Made by a program: the position numbers and the translations under genes
Assembly: GCA_963734375.1 (NCBI GenBank)
Contig: CAVTHG010000004.1
Span: 165,363-229,362 of the forward strand
Reading direction: 5' to 3'
Source of the DNA: an uncultured Acidobacteriota bacterium
Lineage (GTDB): Bacteria; Acidobacteriota; Vicinamibacteria; Vicinamibacterales; CAVVIG01
Length of the DNA: 64,000 nucleotides
Shown here: piece after piece, positions 1-8,746 of the stretch
How positions within the stretch are numbered: position 1 is the stretch's first letter
How the letters are laid out: every line of letters starts with the position of its first letter
Notes under the pieces: generated by a model
Told to the model about the DNA's origin: nothing
Database searches by the model: none
What the model saw: only the letters and a program-made list of their open reading frames with translations

Positions 1-470
1 TCGAGCAGGTCACTGACCGCCTGGGTGTACTCGGCGCGCGTCAGCCGCTGGAACGGACGCCAGCCGGGATTCGGGTTCGCGGCGGCCCACCGATCCATCC
101 GCGTCTCGAGCGCGCGGCGAAGATCCTGAAGGGTCGTTTCGGCGGGGCGGCGAGCGCCGGATGGCGGCATCATCGAGCCGCGCAGCTTGCGGATGATCTT
201 CTCGGCGGTGTCCGGCTGCTCGTGCGCGCGCGCCACGTCGAAGTCGGCGAGCGAGAGGCCGCCGGCCTTGCCGCGATCGCTATGGCAGCTGACGCAATAC
301 TGTTTCAGCGTCTCGTTTGTCGGCTCTGCGGCGTCCGCGCGCGCGCTCGCGGGCTGAGCCGCCGGAGCGGGGCGCTGCGCTGGTGCGGTCGGACGCGCCT
401 GCGGCGACTGAGCCGACAGGGCGAGCGCCGACATCCAGATAGCCGCGCCTGCTACGAGCAATCTGTTCAT
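1..470 (-). CDS. DUF1592/PSD-domain protein with N-terminal c-type heme, 5' part only (runs off window)
   Basis: Manual translation MNRLLVAGAAIWMSALAL...KQYCVSCH...EKIIRKLRGSMMPP...RLTRAEYTQAVSDLL; paralogous to 18181-20735. Confidence 0.8.
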   Translation of the reverse strand, partial: MNRLLVAGAAIWMSALALSAQSPQARPTAPAQRPAPAAQPASARADAAEPTNETLKQYCVSCHSDRGKAGGLSLADFDVARAHEQPDTAEKIIRKLRGSMMPPSGARRPAETTLQDLRRALETRMDRWAAANPNPGWRPFQRLTRAEYTQAVSDLL

Positions 471-609
471 TCCACCCCCAGGGCGCCCGATGGAATCGGT
501 CCCGGCCAGAAAAATCTAAGCAGACAAGTATAAAGGGTGACGGGCCCGATGTCGCACAAAGCCAGGGCCGCAACGCCTGATTTTACAAGCGATTGCAAGT
601 GAGGCGGTC

Positions 610-720
610 GGTAGGGGACGGCCATCCGGACCGTCCCGCCGTGCTGGTTCGGTAGGGACGGTTTTTTGAACCGTCCCACCGTGATGCGTTCTGCAGGGGA
701 CGATTTTCAAACCGTCCCGC
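610..720. repeat. Three REP-like palindromes G(T/C)AGGG(G)ACG-loop-CCGTCCC
   Basis: gtaggggacggccatccggaccgtccc, gtagggacggttttttgaaccgtccc, gcaggggacgattttcaaaccgtccc; related copy at 2258-2283. Confidence 0.75.
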
Positions 721-1604
721 CTCCGTCCAGGACCGCAAGCTCCAGCTCGCGCAGCCGCGCCGGATCGCCGATGACCTCGACCTGCGCAATCTTCCCGCCG
801 GCAAAGGTAAAGCTGAGCACCCTGAAGAGCCGTCCCCGCGGCGCGACGACGAGGCCGACTCGGCCGTCGACGAGCGCCGGCTGCGCAAAGCGCGCGCCGC
901 GCGCGGCCACAATCGCGCCCTTGGCCCAGTTGCGCGCGCCGCGCACCTCGCGCGATCCGCCGGGCCCGACCGCCGCGACGTCGCTCCGGACGAGCACATC
1001 CGGATCGAGCACGGCGATGAGCCCCTCGAAGTCGCCGCCGCGCAGCGCGGCGAGGAAGGCATCGACGACCTCGCGCTGACGCGCCGAGATCGGCGCCAGA
1101 CACCGCGTCCGCTCCCTGCACGCGGCGCCGCGCACGGCTCGCGAGCTGCCGCGCCGCCGCCGGCGTGCGGCCGACAATCGATGCGATCTCTTCGAAGGGG
1201 ACCGCAAACATGTCGTGGAGCACCAGCGCGAGGCGCTCCGCTGGCTCCAGTGTTTCGAGAACAACGAGCAAGGCGAGGCCGACCGAGTCGGCGAGGACCG
1301 CCTCCTTCTCGGGATCGCCGCCCTCACTCCCGGTCGCCACTGGTTCTGGCACGCCCGGGCCCAGCGCGTCCTCGCGCCGCGCCTTTCGCGTCCGCAGCAT
1401 GTCCAGAGAGACGCGCGCGACCACGGTCGTCAGCCACGCGCCGAGGTTCTCGATACCGCTCGGGTCTGAGCGGTTCAGCTTGAGCCACGCTTCCTGCACC
1501 GCGTCGTCGGCTTCGTTGAGCGAGCCGAGCATGCGGTAGGCGACGCCGCGCAGGTGTCCCCGGTTCTCCTCGAATTTCTCGGCCAGCCATTCGTTTTCAG
1601 CCAT
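707..1604 (-). CDS. ECF41/SigJ-type sigma factor with C-terminal SnoaL-like extension (frameshift ~1085)
   Basis: LRGVAYRMLGSLNEADDAVQEAWL; ARQLASRARRRV; second frame VVDAFLAALRGGDFEGLIAVLDPDV. Confidence 0.9.
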
Positions 1605-1605
1605 C

Positions 1606-1632
1606 TGTCACATTTCTCCTCGGGGTTTCGTC
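1606..1632 (+). promoter_or_regulatory. ECF41 promoter TGTCACA-N16-CGTC driving the CMD gene
   Basis: TGTCACA 1606-1612, CGTC 1629-1632; exact ECF41 consensus next to an ECF41 gene. Confidence 0.8.
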
Positions 1633-1640
1633 ATACCTCT

Positions 1641-1667
1641 GACGGACGAAACGGACGCGATGTGACA
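1641..1667 (-). promoter_or_regulatory. ECF41 promoter TGTCACA-N16-CGTC driving the sigma gene (autoregulation)
   Basis: Minus strand TGTCACA 1667-1661, CGTC 1644-1641. Confidence 0.75.
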
Positions 1668-1696
1668 ACGAGCTGAAACATTTCGAGGAGAACCCC

Positions 1697-2173
1697 ATGC
1701 ACGCACGGATGAGCAACCCGGCCCTGATTTTTCAAGACGCCATGCAGGCCATGATGGCGCTGGCCGCGTCGATCGAGAAGAGCGGCGTCCCGAAGAAGAC
1801 ACTCGATCTTATCCACCTGCGCACCAGCCAGATCAACGGCTGCGCCGTCTGCCTCGATCTGCATGCGCGCGGCGCGCGGAAGAGCGGCGAGACCGACCTG
1901 CGCTCGTTCACCGTCGCCGGCTGGCGCGACGCGCCGTATTTCACCGACGAGGAGCGCGCGGCGCTGGCGCTGACCGAAGCGGTGACGCGGCTCAGCGACC
2001 GCGCCGATCCGGTTCCCGATGATGTCTGGCAGGAGGCGGCGCGCCACTACGACGAGCGGGCGCTCGGCGCCATCGTGCTCCAGATTTCGCTCGTCAACGT
2101 ATGGAATCGGGTCAACGTCGCAACCAGGCAGGTTGCCGGCGAGTGGGCCACGGCGGCCGAGGCGCGCACGTAG
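1697..2173 (+). CDS. Carboxymuconolactone decarboxylase/AhpD family protein
   Basis: LRTSQINGCAVCLDLH CxxC motif; usual ECF41 partner. Confidence 0.9.
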   Translation: MHARMSNPALIFQDAMQAMMALAASIEKSGVPKKTLDLIHLRTSQINGCAVCLDLHARGARKSGETDLRSFTVAGWRDAPYFTDEERAALALTEAVTRLSDRADPVPDDVWQEAARHYDERALGAIVLQISLVNVWNRVNVATRQVAGEWATAAEART

Positions 2174-2188
2174 GCGGACGGGACGTGG

Positions 2189-2241
2189 CGTGCAGGGTGC
2201 AGGAGGACGGGCAGGCCCGTGCACCGTGCATCGTGCATCGT
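2189..2241. repeat. Heptamer repeats GTGCA(G/C/T)(G/C) between convergent genes
   Basis: gtgcagggtgcagg...gtgcaccgtgcatcgtgcatcg. Confidence 0.5.
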
Positions 2242-2284
2242 TCTGCCGTTCGTTTGCTAGGGGACGGCCTTCAGGCCGTCCCGT

Positions 2285-2767
2285 TCACGCGGCGCGATAC
2301 CACAACGAAAACGCCCTCAGCGCCGCGAGCCATCCGAACAGCGTGATCGCGTGGCGCACGTAGTTCATCCCGAGCCACCGCGTCGCCGTCGCGGCCGCCG
2401 CCGGCGAATCGGGCGCGTTCATCAGCCGGATCATCGTCGGGATGAAGTACGAGAACGTCAGGACGCGATCGGCCAGCACCGCGAGGCCCGCGGCCAGCCA
2501 CCACGTGCGCTCGGGGCCGGTGGACATCCACGCGGCCGCCAGGTTGGCGAGCGTCAGCAGCGTCAGCGGCCCTGTCGTGACATAGGCCCAGAATCGCAAC
2601 CCGACGTTGTCGCGGGTTGCGGCGGCGGCGTTCCAATGAACGCCGCCGCGGTCGGAGGTGATCCAGCCTGGCACGACGATGCGGTGCTCGTAGAGCCCGG
2701 CGCCGAACGCGATGCCGAGGTTGACGACGAACAGCCACAACAGAATCTCCTGGATCGCAGGCGACAT
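2285..2767 (-). CDS. DUF1772-like membrane protein
   Basis: About four hydrophobic segments; GAGLYEHRIVVPGW, TFSYFIPTM, RWLGMNYVR. Confidence 0.7.
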   Translation of the reverse strand: MSPAIQEILLWLFVVNLGIAFGAGLYEHRIVVPGWITSDRGGVHWNAAAATRDNVGLRFWAYVTTGPLTLLTLANLAAAWMSTGPERTWWLAAGLAVLADRVLTFSYFIPTMIRLMNAPDSPAAAATATRWLGMNYVRHAITLFGWLAALRAFSLWYRAA

Positions 2768-2850
2768 CAGACCTCCCGGTCGAACGTCGATCCTGCCTCA
2801 TCGAGCCGGCGGCGGCGCAGCGAATCTGCAAACCGCAAAATGCTCGCGCC

Positions 2851-3101
2851 TCACCCGGCGAGGGCGACGGGGCTCGACGATGCAGCCCGGCTGCTCCAGT
2901 CATGACGCCGGATGAACCGCCCTGACGACGTCATCGATGAGGAACTTCTCGCGGACGAGCGACTGGAGCGCGCGCTCGCAGAGCTCCTCGGAGAGGTTCC
3001 ACAGCCGCTGCGCCTGCCAGAAGGTCAGGCTCAACGCCGGCAGCTCGTGATACTCCATCCGGATCAACGTCCTCGTCTCTTCAAGCGCTACACGCTTCCA
3101 T
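2851..3101 (-). CDS. Small HTH-like protein absent from the ORF track (two apparent 1-nt indels); paralog of 27372-27623
   Basis: GGAGG RBS, then MEA(V)ALEETRTLIRMEYHELPALSLTFWQAQRLWNLSEELCERALQSLVREKFL..TSSGRF. Confidence 0.7.
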
Positions 3102-3120
3102 CGCGACCTCCTGCGAGCTC

Positions 3121-3174
3121 ATCGTAGCGGCGGCATGTGTCGAGGCGATGTCGATCGGTCGTCGATGACGTAAC
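3121..3174 (-). promoter_or_regulatory. Pho-box-type promoter of the small HTH-like gene
   Basis: Half-sites GTTAC 3174, GACGA 3163, GACAT 3152, GACAC 3141; -10 TACGAT at 3126. Confidence 0.65.
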
Positions 3175-3181
3175 GCACAGC

Positions 3182-3322
3182 ATGACGAACCCCTTCCTCA
3201 TCATCGAGCGCGACAACTTCGAGGGCGACGCGGCGATGTTCAAAAATCTTCCTCGTCGATTTCGATGACGTCGACGCCAGCGGGGCGGGAAAGACGACGA
3301 TCATCACGGCCGCGGCCGCTAG
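3182..3322 (+). pseudogene. Possible remnant of an esterase-like-activity-of-phytase family gene
   Basis: FLIIERDNFEGDAAMFK/IFLVDFDDVD resembles the family's LVIERD..G....FKKIY.ID segment; short and frameshifted. Confidence 0.4.
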
Positions 3323-3475
3323 AGCGGCTTCCTTTTGTACGGAGGGTCCGGCTTGAGCCGGTCGGCCTCGGCGCCGCGCTCGCGCGGATCCTGTATCGCC
3401 GGGTGTGAGCGCGATACACGGACAGAGGTGTGGCTTGCTGTCGTTGGTCAACGCTGATCGCCCCCGTGAACCGTC

Positions 3476-3529
3476 GTTACGGCGTTGTGACCGCGCGGAC
3501 ATCGAGCCGTGATGTTCCGCTTCTAGCAT
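3476..3529 (+). promoter_or_regulatory. Pho-box-type promoter of phoD
   Basis: GTTAC 3476, GTGAC 3487, GACAT 3498, GTGAT 3509; -10 TAGCAT 3524. Confidence 0.7.
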
Positions 3530-3592
3530 TCCTCGCTGGCACGCCGCGAGCGTCAATGAATGGCGCGCGGCCACTGAACGCGAGGACCGCCC

Positions 3593-5183
3593 ATGACCTC
3601 CAGCAAGACGCAGGCGTCACTGATCGATCGCCGCCGTTTCCTCGAATACACCTGGTGCGGCGTCGGCGTGAGCCTCTCGCTCGCGCTGCTGCCCGGACAC
3701 GAAATCCTCGCGTCGCCGCGATTCGGCGACGATCCCTTCACGCTCGGCGTCGCCTCGGGCGATCCGACCGACGACGGCATCGTGCTCTGGACGCGGCTCG
3801 CGCCCGAGCCTGCCAATCCCGATGCGCTCGGCCATTCGTTCGTGCCGGTCCGCTGGCGTGTTGCGACCGACAGCCGCATGCGCCATGTCGTCGCCCGCGG
3901 AAGCGCGGTCGCGGCGCCGCAGCTCGCACACTCGGTGCACGTCGAGGTGAACGGCCTGCAGCCGGGGCGCGACTACTTCTATCAGTTCGATGCGCGCAGC
4001 GAGGAGAGCCGTGTCGGCCACTTCCGTACTGCGCCGCGCGAGCACGAGATGCTGCGCGAGACGCGGTTCGCCTTCGTCACCTGCCAGGACTGGCCGAGCG
4101 GCTACTACATCGCCTATCGCGACATGCTCCAGCACGATCTCGATCTGGTGTTTCACCTCGGCGACTACACCTACGAGTACGCGATCGAGGGGACGACGGG
4201 CCGCGGCATCGTCGTGCCCGAAGGCTTCGGCGCCGAGACCCGCGATCTCGCGGACCTATCGGCTGCGGCACACGCTGCACAAGCTGGATCCGGATCTCCA
4301 GGCGGCGCACGCGAAGTTTCCGTTCGCCGTCATCTGGGACGATCACGAGGTGGCCAACGACTACTCGGGCCTGGCGCCCGAGTTCGCGTCGCCGTCGCCG
4401 GAGTTCACGGCGCGCCGGGCGGCGGCGTATCAGGCGTGGTACGAGCACATGCCGGTCCGGCTGAAGGTTGCGCTGAACCCGCGGCCCGGGCTGCAGATCT
4501 ACCGCCGCCTGCGTTACGGCGCGCTCGCCGAGTTCACGATGCTCGACGATCGGCAGTACCGCTCCGACAACCCGTGCGGCGACGGCGAGTCGCTGCGCTG
4601 CGACGCGGCGTTGAACGGCCGCTACACGTTCCTCGGCCGCGAGCAGGAGCAGTGGGTGGCGAAGGGCTTCGCCCGTTCGTCGGCGCGCTGGAACATCGTC
4701 GCGCAGCAGCTCCTGATCGCACAGCTCGAGCACGCGACCATCCGCGACAACTGGTTCTGGAATGACGCGTGGGACGGCTATCCGCGGGCGCGACAGCGGC
4801 TGCTGGAGGACGTGGCCGGAAGCCGGCTGCAGAACCCGGTCTTCCTCACGGGCGACTGGCACTCGACGTTCGTGAACGACTTGAAGCTCGACTTCAACAA
4901 TCCAGCGTCGCGGACCATCGCCACCGAATTCGTGACGCCGGCAATCACCACCGGCGGCGATGGGACGCCGTACGGCCCGTACTACGGGCCGATGATCCCG
5001 TTCAACCCGCACATCAAGTACTACGAAGGCGATCGCCGCGGCTACTTCAAGGCGACGCTCACGCCGCAGCGGATGCGCGTCGATTTGCGCTTCATGACGA
5101 CGGTGGAGAGCCAGGCTGGCGTCGGCTACACGGAAGGATCGTGGGTGGTCCACGACGGCCGGCCTGGCGCCGAGCGCGCCTGA
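3593..5183 (+). CDS. phoD: Alkaline phosphatase D family, Tat-exported (frameshift ~4255)
   Basis: DRRRFL signal; FTLGVASGDP, HLGDYTYE, WDDHEVAND, DAWDGY, LTGDWH. Confidence 0.93.
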
Positions 5184-5232
5184 GCGACGCGCGACGGCCC
5201 CGTCCGATGACGGCGCCGGCCTCTTTTTGATC

Positions 5233-5264
5233 GTCATGCCGATGACACGCGAGCCGATCACAAT
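5233..5264 (+). promoter_or_regulatory. Pho-box-type promoter of the STAS gene
   Basis: GTCAT 5233, GACAC 5244; -10-like CACAAT 5259. Confidence 0.55.
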
Positions 5265-5273
5265 GGATCCCGC

Positions 5274-5624
5274 ATGCACATCCGCACCCGGTCGATCAAT
5301 CCGGCGCTGGCGATTCTCGAGCTGAACGGGCGGCTGACCGCCGAAAGCGGTTCAGCGCTTTGCGACGCAGTGTCGGCCGTCCTCGCCGAGGGAGGCCGTC
5401 ACCTGATCCTGAACTTGAGCGGCGTTCGCGCGCTGGATGCGTCGGGCCTCGGGGGGCTGGCGGCCACGCTGCGTCTGGTGCGGGAGGTCGGCGGCGAGCT
5501 GAAGGTGGTGGCCGGCAGCGCCGCCATCAACGAGCTCCTGCGCCGGACGCACCTCAGCGTCGCTCTCCCCGCCGTCGCCAGCGAGGCTGAGGCGATCGCG
5601 AGCTTCGAAACTGCGAAGGTCTGA
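5274..5624 (+). CDS. STAS domain protein (anti-sigma antagonist-like)
   Basis: LILNLSGVRALDASGLGGL motif with conserved Ser. Confidence 0.88.
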   Translation: MHIRTRSINPALAILELNGRLTAESGSALCDAVSAVLAEGGRHLILNLSGVRALDASGLGGLAATLRLVREVGGELKVVAGSAAINELLRRTHLSVALPAVASEAEAIASFETAKV

Positions 5625-5628
5625 CGGC

Positions 5629-5660
5629 GTCACACGATGGTTACACCAGCTCGCTATCCT
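5629..5660 (+). promoter_or_regulatory. Pho-box-type promoter
   Basis: GTCAC 5629, GTTAC 5640; -10 TATCCT 5655. Confidence 0.6.
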
Positions 5661-5669
5661 GATTCGCGC

Positions 5670-5867
5670 ATGCTCTGGAACGCCGCGCGAACGTGGGCGG
5701 CGATTCGTCAGCGCAACCGCCAGCGCCCGCTGGCCGCGCCGCTCACGGTGCGATGGCTGGCGCCGCAACGCCTGCTCCCGATCGGCACGCTGCGCCAGGT
5801 ACGAGAGAGGCAGTCGACGGCGACGAGCGATCGATCAGCGGGCCGCTCGGGCAGACAGTCCTCCTGA
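5670..5867 (+). CDS. Small basic hypothetical protein (65 aa)
   Basis: ATG immediately after the predicted promoter; MLWNAARTWAAIRQRNRQ...; no recognised family. Confidence 0.4.
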   Translation: MLWNAARTWAAIRQRNRQRPLAAPLTVRWLAPQRLLPIGTLRQVRERQSTATSDRSAGRSGRQSS

Positions 5868-5892
5868 TCGGCGATCAGGGCACCCACCAAAA

Positions 5893-5946
5893 CTTACAGC
5901 GACGTCACCCGGCCGCGGCCGGGGTGTTACACCAGCCGGATATCCT
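5893..5946 (+). promoter_or_regulatory. Pho-box-type promoter of the GT2-PHP operon
   Basis: CTTAC 5893, GTCAC 5904, GTTAC 5926; -10 TATCCT 5941. Confidence 0.7.
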
Positions 5947-5969
5947 GCGCTCGTGATCAACACGACCGC

Positions 5970-6707
5970 ATGGCGTTGACGATTGCCGCGGTCGTCTGCG
6001 CGTATAACGAAAGCCGTCTCCTGTCGGGTTGCCTCTATTCGCTGCGCGCGCAGACGCGGCCGCCCGACGAGATCCTGGTCGTCAACAACGCCAGCACCGA
6101 CGCGACGGGCGAGGTGGCGCGCGCGATTCCGGGGATTCGCGTGCTCGAGGAACCGGCGAAAGGGCTGGTCGTCGCGCGCGAAACGGCGCGGCTTGCGGCG
6201 CGCGCCGACATCATCGCCTACATGGACGCCGACTGCCGCGCGCCGATCACGTGGCTCGAACGGATCGAAGCGCAGTTCTCCGGCGCGCGGGCGCCGCTGG
6301 CGGTCACCGGACCGTATCGCTTCTACGACTGGGACTGGAGCGGCCGCGCGCTCATCCGCGCCTACGACCTCGTCGTCGCGCCCGCCACCCATGCGTTCGT
6401 GCACCACGGCCTCGGGATCGGCGCGATTCTCTACGGCGGAAATTTCGCGGTGCAGAGCGACGCGCTGGCGCGCATCGGCGGGTTCGATCGGCGGATCGAG
6501 TTTCACGGCGAGGACACGAACCTGGGGCGGCGGCTGACCACGATCGGGCGCGTCGCCTTGTGCCCCGACTGCTGGGTCTGGACCTCGGCGCGCCGCTATC
6601 GGGCGATGGGCAAGGGCGCGGTCTTCCGCGTCTACGTGCGGAACTTCTGGTCGGAGATTCTGCGGCACCGTCCGGCGGACGAGCACCATCTCGACGTGAG
6701 GGCCTGA
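5970..6707 (+). CDS. Glycosyltransferase family 2
   Basis: VCAYNE, NNASTD, DADC (DxD), GGFD, GEDT, TSARR. Confidence 0.9.
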   Translation: MALTIAAVVCAYNESRLLSGCLYSLRAQTRPPDEILVVNNASTDATGEVARAIPGIRVLEEPAKGLVVARETARLAARADIIAYMDADCRAPITWLERIEAQFSGARAPLAVTGPYRFYDWDWSGRALIRAYDLVVAPATHAFVHHGLGIGAILYGGNFAVQSDALARIGGFDRRIEFHGEDTNLGRRLTTIGRVALCPDCWVWTSARRYRAMGKGAVFRVYVRNFWSEILRHRPADEHHLDVRA

Positions 6708-6726
6708 GGCGCAGGGGAGCATTGAT

Positions 6727-7473
6727 ATGCCGGGGTACGAACCGTTTCTGCTCTGCGACTTCCACGTCCACACGCGGTGGAGCGATGGGCGTCTGTCGCT
6801 GCGCGAGGTCGTCGATCTCTACGGCAAGACCGGACGCTTCGACGTCATCGCGATCACCGATCACATCCTGATGAAGAAGGATCTGCTGGCGCGGGTCGCG
6901 CGGATGGCGACGCTCGGCCGGCGCGACTTCTCGGTCACCGAGGCGCGGTTCGAGGCGTATCTCGCCGACATCGCCGCCGAGGCGAAGCGTGCGCGCCGGC
7001 TCTATGATCTGCTGGTCGTCCCCGGCGCCGAGATCACGCAGAACCACATCCGCAGCAGGAAGAACTCGCACATCATCGCGCTGGACATCAAGGAGTTCAT
7101 CAGCGCCGATCAGCCGGCCGAGGACATCCTGCGTGCGATCCGCGCGCAGGGCGCGCTCAGCATCGCCTGCCACCCGCATCACCGGACGACGAGGCGCGTC
7201 GAAGTCGGCACCTGCTATCTCTGGGACAACCGCAAGCGGGTCGTCGACCTGGTGGACGTGTGGGAAGCGGCGAACCGCGACGATCTCTTCTCGGTGACGA
7301 GCCTGAAGCACTACCCGTACATCGCCAACAGCGACTTCCACAAGCCGAAGCACCTCCACTCGTGGAAGACGCTGGTGCGCTCGGAGAAGACGTGGGAGGC
7401 GGTGGCGGCGGCGCTGCGATCGAACGTCGACGTGGCGTTGACGCTGTATCGCAACGGATCGTGGGCGGCGTAG
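6727..7473 (+). CDS. PHP-domain metal-dependent phosphoesterase
   Basis: DFHVHTRWSDG, AITDH, GAE, HP, NSDFH. Confidence 0.9.
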   Translation: MPGYEPFLLCDFHVHTRWSDGRLSLREVVDLYGKTGRFDVIAITDHILMKKDLLARVARMATLGRRDFSVTEARFEAYLADIAAEAKRARRLYDLLVVPGAEITQNHIRSRKNSHIIALDIKEFISADQPAEDILRAIRAQGALSIACHPHHRTTRRVEVGTCYLWDNRKRVVDLVDVWEAANRDDLFSVTSLKHYPYIANSDFHKPKHLHSWKTLVRSEKTWEAVAAALRSNVDVALTLYRNGSWAA

Positions 7474-7483
7474 GAACTGACGC

Positions 7484-7614
7484 TGACGTTCGACGTTCGA
7501 CGTTCGAGGTTCTTCGTTCGACGTTCTTCGTTCTTCGTTCGACGTTCGACGTTCGGCGTTCGCGTTAGGACGTTCGGCGTTCGCAATCCGCAATCCGCAA
7601 TCCGCAATCCGCAA
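7484..7614. repeat. Degenerate heptamer arrays (CGTTCGA/CGTTCTT)n followed by (CGCAATC)n
   Basis: Visible 7-nt periodicity between convergent genes. Confidence 0.85.
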
Positions 7615-7667
7615 TGAGGAAGCCGCCGGCTTCTCTGTGTTGCGCACCATCGATCGTCCGGTACTTC

Positions 7668-7691
7668 GTAGTGTCCGGCTTCAGCCGGACC
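7668..7691 (+). repeat. GTAG-REP (gtagtgtccggcttcagccggacc)
   Basis: GTAG tag plus hairpin; sister copy inverted at 62438-62461. Confidence 0.7.
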
Positions 7692-7698
7692 GAACGGC

Positions 7699-8746
7699 CT
7701 AGGGCTTCGGTCCAGCCTCGATGTACGCGCGCTGAAGATTCCATCGGTGGAAACCGGTCATCAGCGGCACCAGCGCCGGTGCGATGTCGAACCCGGCGGG
7801 GATCTGCGCCGTGCTGACGAAATCGTCGAGCGAGATCCCGGCCGACCGCGTCGGCGGCTGCGCGCTGGACTGTCTCGAGATATCTCTGATACGTCGCGAT
7901 CGTGTCTCCGCCGACGAGCGCGCCGTGGCCCGGCACGATCGTCGCGACATCCAGCGTCTTCGACAGACGATCGAGCGTCTGGCGATACGCCGCAATCCCG
8001 CCGGCCTGCGCCCACGGGATGGTGCCGGCGCCGAAGATCAAGTTCCCGGTCCAGGCGACGCGCGCGCCGGGGACGTAGACGACCGTATCGTTCGGCGACA
8101 TGCCCTGGCCGAAGAAGCGCGCTTCGACACGGCGCCCGCCGAAGTCGACACTCCACTCCTCGTCGAACGCGATATCCGGTAAGCGGAGCTCGACGCCGTC
8201 GAAGACCGACAGATCGTTCCCGACGGTTGGCGCCATCCGCTGTCGGACATCGCCGACGGTCGTGTTCTTCAGCGCGTCGAGCGTACGGCGGCTCGCCACG
8301 ATCTGCGTCTCGGGTGGAAACACGTAATTCCCGAACGTGTGGTCGCCGAACGCATTGGTGTTCACGAGGTAGCGAATCGGCTTGTCGGTGACCCTGCGCA
8401 CCGCCTCGAGGACCTGGCGGCCCATCTGCCCGTTGAACTGGGAGTCGACGACGAGGACGGCATCGCTGCCGACAACGAAGCCCGAGTTGTCGGTGAACGG
8501 CGTGTTTGCCACCAGCGCGTAGACGCCGTCGGCGAGACGGCGGGTTTCAAGTGTGACCCCGCTCGGATTGAGCGGCGGGGGAATGTACCCCGGCGGTGGA
8601 GGCGGCGGCTGCCGCGGCGCAGCCGCACCGCCTTGCGGCTCGAACGCCGGCGGGTTCCCGAGAACCAACATCGCGCACAGCACCAGCCTGACCACGGTCC
8701 CTCCTCTTTCATGTCGCGGTTTCGCCCGGGGCGATCGATCGATCAT
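7699..8746 (-). CDS. Secreted MBL-fold metallohydrolase, cyclase-like (frameshift ~7830)
   Basis: NSGFVVG, LVNTNAFGDHTFGN (degenerate HxHxDH), VPGHG. Confidence 0.8.

Noticed and set aside
3119-3574. 151-aa minus-strand ORF and the 71-aa plus-strand ORF at 2912-3127
   Set aside because: No motifs; they overlap promoter arrays or are antisense to the hidden HTH-like gene.
7484-7614. Possible CRISPR array (also 35472-35566 and 63634-63842)
   Set aside because: Units are mostly 7-9 nt, degenerate, lack unique spacers of constant length, and no cas genes are present.
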